Source of the DNA: an uncultured archaeon
GTDB taxonomy: Archaea > Iainarchaeota > Iainarchaeia > Iainarchaeales > CSSED10-239
Assembly (NCBI GenBank): GCA_964586355.1
Contig: CAZPGO010000038.1
Coordinates: forward strand, 1-27,357
Direction: 5' to 3'
DNA length: 27,357 nucleotides
Shown piece after piece: positions 8,469-15,550 of the stretch. Every line of letters starts with the position of its first letter. Within the stretch, counting starts at the first letter, position 1. The notes beneath the pieces were generated by a model. It was not told the DNA's origin. It worked only from the letters and a program-made list of their open reading frames with translations, and did not search any database. Made by a program: the position numbers and the translations under genes.

Positions 8469-8512
8469 TTTTATATCATTATTACATTATTTAATGTGTT
8501 TGTGATATAAAA
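8469..8512 (+). promoter_or_regulatory. 10-bp perfect inverted repeat bracketing tandem CATTATT repeats at the AbiEi start; candidate autoregulatory operator or start-codon-occluding hairpin
   Basis: ttttatatca (8469-8478) is the exact reverse complement of tgatataaaa (8503-8512). The right arm runs into the A of the ATG at 8512. cattatt occurs twice in tandem (8477-8483 and 8485-8491) between the arms. Confidence 0.3.
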
Positions 8513-9144
8513 TGAGCTATGAAATATTGTTAAAAAAAATTAGGTTATCTGGAAAAAAATATATAACAGATAAAGAATTAAATGAAAATATTAAGGAATT
8601 AAATTTAGAATATAATAAAGTAATTAATAATTTGATTACAAACAGATATTTGATTAGGATCTTTAGAGGTATTTTCTATATAACAACATTAGAAGAAAAA
8701 AAATATAAAAAAGTAGATGTTTCTTTTAATGAGATTATAACAAATGCTTTAAAAATAAAAAAAATAGATAATTGGTATTTTGGATTAGATAGTGCAATAA
8801 AATTAAATAGAGTAATTTTTGAAACCTGTTTTGTGGATTATATAATCAATGATAAGATATTTAGAGCAAAACCAATAACCATAATGAATAGAAGAATTAA
8901 ATTTATAAAAATAAAAAAAGATCTTTTAACTTTTGGTATAATCAAAAACAAAGGATTAAGATATTCAAATTTGGAAAAAACAGTTTTGGATATTATTTAT
9001 ATATTAAAGTATAATAATGCAACAAATAAAGAAATACTAAATAAAATCATAGATTTAATAGACAAATGTGATACAAAAAAATTAAAAAAGTATAGTGTTT
9101 ATTATCCAAAAACAATAATTAATGTTATAGAGGAATATATTTAG
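8512..9144 (+). CDS. AbiEi-like antitoxin/transcriptional regulator (type IV TA / abortive infection AbiE)
   Basis: 210 aa. The N-terminal NRYLIRIFRGIFYI matches the G-l-x-R-x-x-RG-x-Y signature of AbiEi N-terminal winged-helix domains. Its stop TAG (9142-9144) directly abuts the ATG of the AbiEii-type gene. Confidence 0.6.
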   Translation: MSYEILLKKIRLSGKKYITDKELNENIKELNLEYNKVINNLITNRYLIRIFRGIFYITTLEEKKYKKVDVSFNEIITNALKIKKIDNWYFGLDSAIKLNRVIFETCFVDYIINDKIFRAKPITIMNRRIKFIKIKKDLLTFGIIKNKGLRYSNLEKTVLDIIYILKYNNATNKEILNKIIDLIDKCDTKKLKKYSVYYPKTIINVIEEYI

Positions 9145-10065
9145 ATGACTAAAAAAGAATTGATTGAATATGTCTCTAATCAGACAAAGATAGCTAATAG
9201 TGAATTAATAGAAAAAGATATAATTTTGCATTTGTTGCTGATTAATTTAGAAAAAGAAAAAGAATTTCAATCAAATTATGTTTTTAAAGGAGGTACTTGT
9301 TTAACAAAATGTTACTTAGGTTATTATAGATTTTCAGAAGATTTAGATTTTACTTATATACCCCAAAAAGAATTTGATGGACTTTCTGAAAAACAAATAA
9401 GAAAAGAACTATCAAAGAAAATAAATTATTTAGCAGAATTATTATTAAAAATATCTAAAAAGTGGAACTTAGAGTTTTCTAAAAACAAAAAAAATTCTTT
9501 ATATTTTGATTTTGGAGCAAATAATAAATTTGTTACTTTTAAAGTGTGGTATTTTTCTAAAATAACTAAATTAAAACAATTTATAAAAATTCAAATAAAT
9601 TTTGTGGAATTATTTAAATATGATTTTAAATTTCTAACTGCGAAAAATTTACTTATAGATTCTAATAAAAAAGAATTTCTTTTTTTGTTTCCTGAGTTTA
9701 AAGATCTATATTATTATCCTAAAATAAAAGTCTATGATATACAAGAAATTCTAGTAGAAAAAAATAGAGCCATACTTACAAGAAAAGCAATAAAAGCAAG
9801 AGATTTTGTAGATGTTTTTTTAATTTTAAACTATTTAAATAAAGACCTAAAACTATATGAACAAAATATAATCTTTAAAAGCAAATTTATGTTAAACAAA
9901 TATAATAAGTATTTAGATAATCTAAACATTAGAAAAAAATTAGGATTTAATTTTGTTTTTGGAGATGAATCTAAACTATTAATAACAAAAATAGATCTTT
10001 TAGAATTTAAAAAATTTACAGAAAAACAAGTTGATTTTTTAAATGAAATTATTACTAAATTATAG
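9145..10065 (+). CDS. Nucleotidyltransferase toxin, AbiEii/AbiGii family (DUF1814-type)
   Basis: YVFKGGTCLTKCYLGYYRFSEDLDFTY is the hallmark hKGGTaL...y...RfSeDlDF nucleotidyltransferase motif of AbiEii. VEKNRAILTRKAIKARDFVDVF fits the C-terminal conserved block. 306 aa is typical. Confidence 0.85.
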   Translation: MTKKELIEYVSNQTKIANSELIEKDIILHLLLINLEKEKEFQSNYVFKGGTCLTKCYLGYYRFSEDLDFTYIPQKEFDGLSEKQIRKELSKKINYLAELLLKISKKWNLEFSKNKKNSLYFDFGANNKFVTFKVWYFSKITKLKQFIKIQINFVELFKYDFKFLTAKNLLIDSNKKEFLFLFPEFKDLYYYPKIKVYDIQEILVEKNRAILTRKAIKARDFVDVFLILNYLNKDLKLYEQNIIFKSKFMLNKYNKYLDNLNIRKKLGFNFVFGDESKLLITKIDLLEFKKFTEKQVDFLNEIITKL

Positions 10066-10067
10066 TT

Positions 10068-11993
10068 TTAAACCCTTTTTTTCAACTCATTAATTCTATC
10101 CCTAATCTTAATAGCATTCTCAAAATCAAGAGAATCAGCATATTTATTCATTAATGCTTCTAACTCAATTATTAGATTTGGAATTTCTTTTGTTGGAATG
10201 TGTTTTGTGTCAGTAATATCTGCTTCTTTTTCTTTTATTGGTTTAATTATTGTTCTTGGAGTAATATTATTCTTTTTATTATACTCTAATTGAACAGATC
10301 TCCTTCTATTAGTCTCATCAACAGCACTTTTAATAGAATCTGTTTTCTTATCAGCATATAAAATCACATAAGAATCAGCATTTCTTGCTGCTCTACCAAT
10401 AATCTGTATTAGACTTTTACGATCTCTTAAAAAACCCTCTTTATCAGCATCCAATATTCCAATAAATCCAACCTCTGGAATATCTATTCCTTCTCTTAAA
10501 AGATTAATACCAATTAAACAATCAAACTTACCAAGTCTTAATTCCCTAATAATTTCTGTTCTTTCAATAGTATTAATTTCAGAATGAAGATATCTAGTTT
10601 TAATATTTTGATTAGATAGATATTCAGACAATTCTTCTGCTTGTTTTTTTGTAAGAGTTGTTACTAGAGATCTATATTTTTTATTTGTACTCTCTTTAAT
10701 ATTTTTAATAAGATCAGAGATTTGATCCTTTGTTGGTTTTAGATAAACCATTGGATCAACTAATCCTGTTGGTCTTATCAATTGTTCAACAATAGCAGAA
10801 GATATCTTTCTTTCATAATCTCCTGGAGTTGCAGATACGAAAATAACATTATTCATAAACTTTTCAAACTCTTTGTATTTTAATGGTCTATTATCAAAAG
10901 CACAAGGAAGTCTAAAACCATAATCAACTAAAGCCTTTTTTCTAGAATAATCTCCAGCATACATTCCATGTAGTTGAGGAATAGTTTGATGACTTTCATC
11001 AATTACAAGTAGAAAATCTTTTGGAAAAAAGTCCAGTAAACAAAAAGGTCTTTTGCCAGGTTTTCTTTTATCAAAATGTCTGGAATAATTTTCTATTCCT
11101 GTACAGTATCCTGTTTCCTTCATCATCTCAATGTCATAAAGTGTTCTTTGTTTAAGTCTTTGTGCTTCTAATGGCTCTAATTCTAATAACCTTTCTTCAA
11201 GCTCTTTTTTAATATTTTTAGTAACCTCTAAAATCTCATTAGAATCAACAACAAACTGTTTAGCAGGAAAAACATAAAAAGAATTAGTGTTGGAGATTAC
11301 TTTTCCAGAATCTTTATCAATCTCAGATATTTTATCAATAGTGTTTCCAAAAAACTCCACTCTTATGAAGTTTTTATAATAACCAGGAATTAGATCAACA
11401 GTGTTGCCCTTAACCCTAAAATTACCAGTATCCAAATTATAATCATTTCTTTGAAATTGTATTTTTATTAATTTTTTTAAAAAAACATCTCTTTTAATTT
11501 CCTGATTAACAGAGATCTCAAAACCCATTTTTTTAAAAGTTTCTGGATTTCCAGTACCATAGATACATGAAACAGAAGCAATTACTATAACATCAGATCT
11601 TGAAGAAAGAGAAGCTAATGTAGATAATCTTAATTGTTCAATTTTTTCATTAATTTTTGTGTTTTTTTCAATATATAGATCTCTTTGTGCAATATAACTT
11701 TCTGGTTGATAATAATCATAATAAGACACAAAGTATTCAACCTTGTTATTAGGAAAATACTCTTTAAACTCATTATATAATTGAGCAGCAAGAGTTTTGT
11801 TGTGCGCAAGAATTAAGGTTGGTTTGTTGTAGTTTGTAACAACATTAGCAATTGTAAAACCCTTACCACTACCAGTAACCCCTAAGAGAGTCTGAATCTT
11901 TTTATTTTCTTTTAAACCTTTTGATAATTGAGCAATTGCCTTTGGTTGATCTCCTCTTGGTTTAAAGGAAGAAGTAAATTTAAAGTCACTCAT
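10068..11993 (-). CDS. uvrB: Excinuclease ABC subunit B
   Basis: FKPRGDQPKAI, LLGVTGSGKGFT (Walker A), YYDYYQPE, VIDESHQT (DExH-type), helicase C-terminal blocks VGINLLREGIDIPEV and IGRAARN, and a C-terminal UVR domain (LDFENAIKIRDRINELKK). Confidence 0.97.
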   Translation of the reverse strand: MSDFKFTSSFKPRGDQPKAIAQLSKGLKENKKIQTLLGVTGSGKGFTIANVVTNYNKPTLILAHNKTLAAQLYNEFKEYFPNNKVEYFVSYYDYYQPESYIAQRDLYIEKNTKINEKIEQLRLSTLASLSSRSDVIVIASVSCIYGTGNPETFKKMGFEISVNQEIKRDVFLKKLIKIQFQRNDYNLDTGNFRVKGNTVDLIPGYYKNFIRVEFFGNTIDKISEIDKDSGKVISNTNSFYVFPAKQFVVDSNEILEVTKNIKKELEERLLELEPLEAQRLKQRTLYDIEMMKETGYCTGIENYSRHFDKRKPGKRPFCLLDFFPKDFLLVIDESHQTIPQLHGMYAGDYSRKKALVDYGFRLPCAFDNRPLKYKEFEKFMNNVIFVSATPGDYERKISSAIVEQLIRPTGLVDPMVYLKPTKDQISDLIKNIKESTNKKYRSLVTTLTKKQAEELSEYLSNQNIKTRYLHSEINTIERTEIIRELRLGKFDCLIGINLLREGIDIPEVGFIGILDADKEGFLRDRKSLIQIIGRAARNADSYVILYADKKTDSIKSAVDETNRRRSVQLEYNKKNNITPRTIIKPIKEKEADITDTKHIPTKEIPNLIIELEALMNKYADSLDFENAIKIRDRINELKKRV

Positions 11994-12089
11994 AATTTTG
12001 TCAAATTATTAAATTAAATATATTTAAAAAGATTTAATATATAATATATGTATAAAAACAATTTTAATAATATTTAAATTTGAAAAAAC

Positions 12090-12380
12090 ATGCCATTACA
12101 CAAAACTTCAAAGCCAATATCTAAGCCTAGTAGAAAGAGTGAGAGTAAGAAGAGAATAGAACTAAAAAAACCAATAAATATTAATAAACAACTAAGACTA
12201 GCAATAATTACTAGAAAAGCAAAGATACTAGAAGCAGAAAGACACGAATTATCTATTCTTTTAAAAAAAGCTAGTGATCAAAATTTCACAAAGATCTCAA
12301 AAGCTATAGAAAATAATTTAGTAGAATCTGAAAAACTTAGAAGCCAAAGAGCCAATTTAATAGAAGAAAAAGTTGCTTGA
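12090..12380 (+). CDS. Small basic protein with a predicted coiled-coil C-terminus (hypothetical)
   Basis: 96 aa. Lys/Ser/Pro/Arg-rich N-terminus (KTSKPISKPSRKSESKKRIELKK), then a heptad-like helical region. No recognisable family. ATG start; fills the uvrB-trm5 gap exactly. Confidence 0.5.
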   Translation: MPLHKTSKPISKPSRKSESKKRIELKKPININKQLRLAIITRKAKILEAERHELSILLKKASDQNFTKISKAIENNLVESEKLRSQRANLIEEKVA

Positions 12381-12384
12381 TTTT

Positions 12385-13419
12385 TTATAAATTATTTTTA
12401 CTAATTTGTAGATCTAAGACTATCTGAACAATTGAAGGCGAATAACTTCTTATTATTCTTTTGTTTACAATTTCTAAAGAAACCCTCTTTTTTTTAGCAA
12501 TCTCATTAATTATTTTAGATACTTCTGTGTAGGGGTCGTTTTTAGGCACAAACTTGTATATATGTATAAAACCATTATCCTTTACAGAAAAGATAGCACT
12601 CTCTAAAAAAAGATCAGAACTTTTAGGAAGAGGCATAACTATTCTATCAAAATAGTTTGGGTATTCTTTTGCTTTTTCTTGAACATCTCCAAGAACTGGT
12701 ATAATGTTATCTACTTTATTAATCTTTATGTTCTCAATTAAATATTTAACAGCAAGATCATTAAGCTCAATTGCAACGATTTCTTTACTGTTACAGTTTT
12801 TAGAAATAGCTAAAGCAAATGGTCCTGCACCAGCAAAATAAACACCAACAGCCTCATTTTCTTTAACTAATGAACAGATCCTTTTTCTTTCTGCTGATAG
12901 TCTGGTTGAGCAAAACACTTTTTCAACATCTATTTTTATTTTACAGTTGTTTTCTTTTATTATAGTTTCTTTTTTATTAAGTCCATAAACCAATTCCATA
13001 TCCTGAGTTCTGTAAACCCCTTTATGTTCGCCAACTTTATTTAGTACTGTTTTTATTTGTGGATGAATCTCAAGAAGAGTTTTTCCAATAATCTCATAAT
13101 ATTTTTTAAGAGATTGATCTATTCCTATTATGATAATATCTCCAACAATATCATAAGCAGAATTGATTTTAGAAATAGTTTCTTTAGGCAATTTCTTATC
13201 AAGAGCCTCTTTTAGTTTTTTGTCTTTTTGTTTCTGTTTTTTTGGATCGGTTATTGTTATGATTTTGTCTTTATATTTCTCTATTCCTTTTTTGATTGGA
13301 ATAATAACAAAATCTTCATCCCTTTCTATTTTAAAAGAATTATCAATAAGAAAATTTTTTTTTAAATCAGAAATTAATTTGTTAGCACTTTGTTTTTCAA
13401 TTTTTATTGCAAGAACCAT
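12385..13419 (-). CDS. trm5: tRNA (guanine37-N1)-methyltransferase Trm5, or the related Taw2/Tyw2 (Met-10+ family class I SAM methyltransferase)
   Basis: YDIVGDIIIIGI (D2 domain motif), SAERKRI, VGVYFAGAGPFALAISK (SAM motif I), AIELNDLAV and DRIVMPLP (NPPY-equivalent). 344 aa. I cannot separate Trm5 from Taw2 by eye. Confidence 0.8.
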   Translation of the reverse strand: MVLAIKIEKQSANKLISDLKKNFLIDNSFKIERDEDFVIIPIKKGIEKYKDKIITITDPKKQKQKDKKLKEALDKKLPKETISKINSAYDIVGDIIIIGIDQSLKKYYEIIGKTLLEIHPQIKTVLNKVGEHKGVYRTQDMELVYGLNKKETIIKENNCKIKIDVEKVFCSTRLSAERKRICSLVKENEAVGVYFAGAGPFALAISKNCNSKEIVAIELNDLAVKYLIENIKINKVDNIIPVLGDVQEKAKEYPNYFDRIVMPLPKSSDLFLESAIFSVKDNGFIHIYKFVPKNDPYTEVSKIINEIAKKKRVSLEIVNKRIIRSYSPSIVQIVLDLQISKNNL

Positions 13420-13518
13420 AATAATTACATTTTTCCCAAAATTTGTATTTGATTTGTTTTAAATACTAAAAGTATTATATATATTTAACATATAGAAATA
13501 AATTTAAAGAAAAGTATA

Positions 13519-14361
13519 ATGACAAAAACAATAGATTTTTTGACAAATAAGATAATAGGACCAGTTATTAATCAAACAGGGTATACCCTCTTTAACACCT
13601 TAGTAATAGGTTTTTCTGTTCTTTTTTTTTATTTTCTAGCATATAGGTTTTTAAAAAAGATTATAAAGATAGATAAACATTTTCTAATCACAACCATCTA
13701 TTTTACAGTTATTGGCGCTTTTCTAAGAATATTAGAAGAAGATTATGTAATCTTTGGGGGTGTTATAAAAAGATCTATTAACCCCTTAAAGTTTGGTTTT
13801 TATTTTTATACCCCTGGACTTTTGATTTTGTTGGTTGTTATTTATGTTATGTGTTTTTCTATAAGTTATCTTATCTATAAAGAAAGATATTATGTTTTAC
13901 TTAAGAAAATTGCTTTATTTTTAATAACAATTATAAGTTTTATAATTTTATTTAATATTATTAATTGGCAAATTTTTTTTATAAGTATAATAATGATCTT
14001 TTTATTTTATTTTTTATTAGTAAAAAACTCTTATAAACTTATAAAAAAACAATACTTTGAAAACAAGTTATTAATATTATCACAAACAATTGATCTCTTT
14101 GCAACACTCTTAGGAGTTTATTTTTTTAAAGGATATTTGTATGAGCAACATTTTTTGTCTAGAGCTTTAATAGGTATAAGCCCTTTTTTATATTTTTTTT
14201 TAAAGGTTCTAATCACTTTTGGTTTTATTTATATTTTAGATTATTGTTATTTTCCAAAAACAGAAAAAGATCTTAAAAGAAGATATATTAAGCAAATTAT
14301 AATTATTCTAGGATTTCTTACAGGAATTAGAAATCTGTTAACCCTTTGGCTTTTGATATAG
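13519..14361 (+). CDS. Polytopic integral membrane protein, about 7 TM, possibly archaeal DUF63-like
   Basis: 280 aa, hydrophobic throughout with Phe/Ile/Leu/Tyr-rich helices. Size and N-terminal ...GYTLFNTLVIG... resemble DUF63 archaeal membrane proteins, but I cannot verify this without an HMM. Confidence 0.6.
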   Translation: MTKTIDFLTNKIIGPVINQTGYTLFNTLVIGFSVLFFYFLAYRFLKKIIKIDKHFLITTIYFTVIGAFLRILEEDYVIFGGVIKRSINPLKFGFYFYTPGLLILLVVIYVMCFSISYLIYKERYYVLLKKIALFLITIISFIILFNIINWQIFFISIIMIFLFYFLLVKNSYKLIKKQYFENKLLILSQTIDLFATLLGVYFFKGYLYEQHFLSRALIGISPFLYFFLKVLITFGFIYILDYCYFPKTEKDLKRRYIKQIIIILGFLTGIRNLLTLWLLI

Positions 14362-14519
14362 TTATAGTTAAGAAAAACTATTTAATAACCTAATCACAAA
14401 GAAATATTTGCATAAAAACACCCTTTTATTTTCTAAGAAAAACCCCCTAAAGATAAACTTTATAAACTGTTTTATACAAATATTAATTATTAAGTGAGAT
14501 CTATTTTATTTGTTATTTA

Positions 14520-14592
14520 GCCTCAGTAGCTCAGTGGTTGGAGCAATCGACTGTTAATCGATAGGTCGTAGGTTCAAATCCTACCTGGGGCG
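14520..14592 (+). tRNA. tRNA-Asn (anticodon GTT)
   Basis: Folds by hand into a cloverleaf. Acceptor GCCTCAG/CTGGGGC (one G-U). D stem GCTC/GAGC. Anticodon stem ATCGA/TCGAT with loop CTGTTAA. T stem GTAGG/CCTAC with loop TTCAAAT. Discriminator G. No encoded CCA. A GC-rich island in AT-rich DNA. Confidence 0.95.
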
Positions 14593-14881
14593 CTTAAAAT
14601 TTCTGTCTCTTTATAAAATAATAACTTAAAAATTATTTGTTTTTACTATGTTTTTGACCTTATAAATATAGAAAACAAAAAATCACTTTTGAATTAATGT
14701 GTAATCAAAGAGTATGCGGTATAAACTGTTTTAATTAAGTATAATTGTATTATCTGTTTTTAACAGACCTTATTTAACAATAAACACTAACTCTAGGATC
14801 TTGTATAATTAAAATAACAATATTTATAAATAAGATCTTCTTATATTCTTTAGTACTATTTAAAATAAAGGAGAAATAACA

Positions 14882-15214
14882 ATGTCAGTAATATTAGTAA
14901 ACAGACACAATTTTGAAGAAGAAGTAATGGATTCAGATCTTCCTGTGATTGTGGATTTTTGGGAAAAAAGTTCTAACCAATGTAGATTATTAAATCCAAT
15001 ATTTGAAGAACTTAGTTTTGAGAAAATATATTTAAATAAAGCAAAATTTGTAAAAGTAAATAGTGAAGAAAACAAACCAATTGCAACAAGATATAATGTA
15101 GAAGATGTGCCTTGTATTGTTGTTTTTCATAAAAAAAAAGAGATTGGAAGAGTTAAGGGATTTGAGCCCAAGTCTATTTTAATACAAAAACTGAATTATA
15201 TTTTAAGAATTTAG
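14882..15214 (+). CDS. Thioredoxin-fold protein with a degenerate active site (SNQC in place of CGPC)
   Basis: 110 aa. PVIVDFWEKSSNQCRLLNPIFEEL aligns with the VLVDFWAxWCGPCKxxxP block. VEDVPCIVVF matches the cis-Pro block and GRVKG the C-terminal block. aaggag lies at 14868-14873, 8 nt upstream of the ATG. Confidence 0.8.
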   Translation: MSVILVNRHNFEEEVMDSDLPVIVDFWEKSSNQCRLLNPIFEELSFEKIYLNKAKFVKVNSEENKPIATRYNVEDVPCIVVFHKKKEIGRVKGFEPKSILIQKLNYILRI

Positions 15215-15277
15215 TTTTATAGATCTCCTTTATTTTAAGCTTATACCTTTTTATTTAGTTTGGAACATATATTATGT

Positions 15278-15541
15278 ATGGTAGGATCTAAAACAAAACA
15301 AAAAACAAAACCAATAAAAAAAGATTTTACTAAAGATTGGTTTTTAGAGATCTTTTCTGTTAAATTTTTTAACAATAATTTATTATTGGTTTCTTTTATT
15401 TATGTTGTTTTAATTATAATAATTTATGCACTTGTAAGAGAAATAATGTATTTTAGAATAAACCATTTTTTTATTTATTTATTAAAAACAATATTTATGT
15501 TATCAATTTTAATTTTATTAAAAAGATATTTTGAAAAATAA
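15278..15541 (+). CDS. Small hypothetical membrane protein (two predicted TM helices)
   Basis: The ORF track starts at TTG 15260; the first ATG is at 15278. Lys-rich N-terminus, then LLLVSFIYVVLIIIIYALV and FFIYLLKTIFMLSILILL. Ends 9 nt before gltX. No family recognised, and it could be non-coding. Confidence 0.4.
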   Translation: MVGSKTKQKTKPIKKDFTKDWFLEIFSVKFFNNNLLLVSFIYVVLIIIIYALVREIMYFRINHFFIYLLKTIFMLSILILLKRYFEK

Positions 15542-15550
15542 GAGAAAAAT

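Noticed and set aside
13163-13462. 99-aa plus-strand ORF
   Set aside because: It is antisense to the 5' part of trm5. Its Phe/Ser/Leu-rich translation is typical of the antisense of Lys/Glu-rich coding DNA.
14520-14592. tRNA-Asn or tRNA-Val (22724-22796) as integration sites of a genomic island
   Set aside because: No partial duplicate of either tRNA 3' or 5' half is visible elsewhere in the window; such GC-rich fragments would stand out. There is also no integrase gene nearby.
14697-14738. 13-codon mini-ORF MCNQRVCGINCFN downstream of tRNA-Asn
   Set aside because: It has three Cys but is far too short. There is no ribosome-binding motif, and it overlaps the 14-nt repeat. It is indistinguishable from chance.
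14860-15075. 71-aa minus-strand ORF
   Set aside because: It is antisense to the thioredoxin-like gene, which has recognisable fold motifs and a Shine-Dalgarno-like site.
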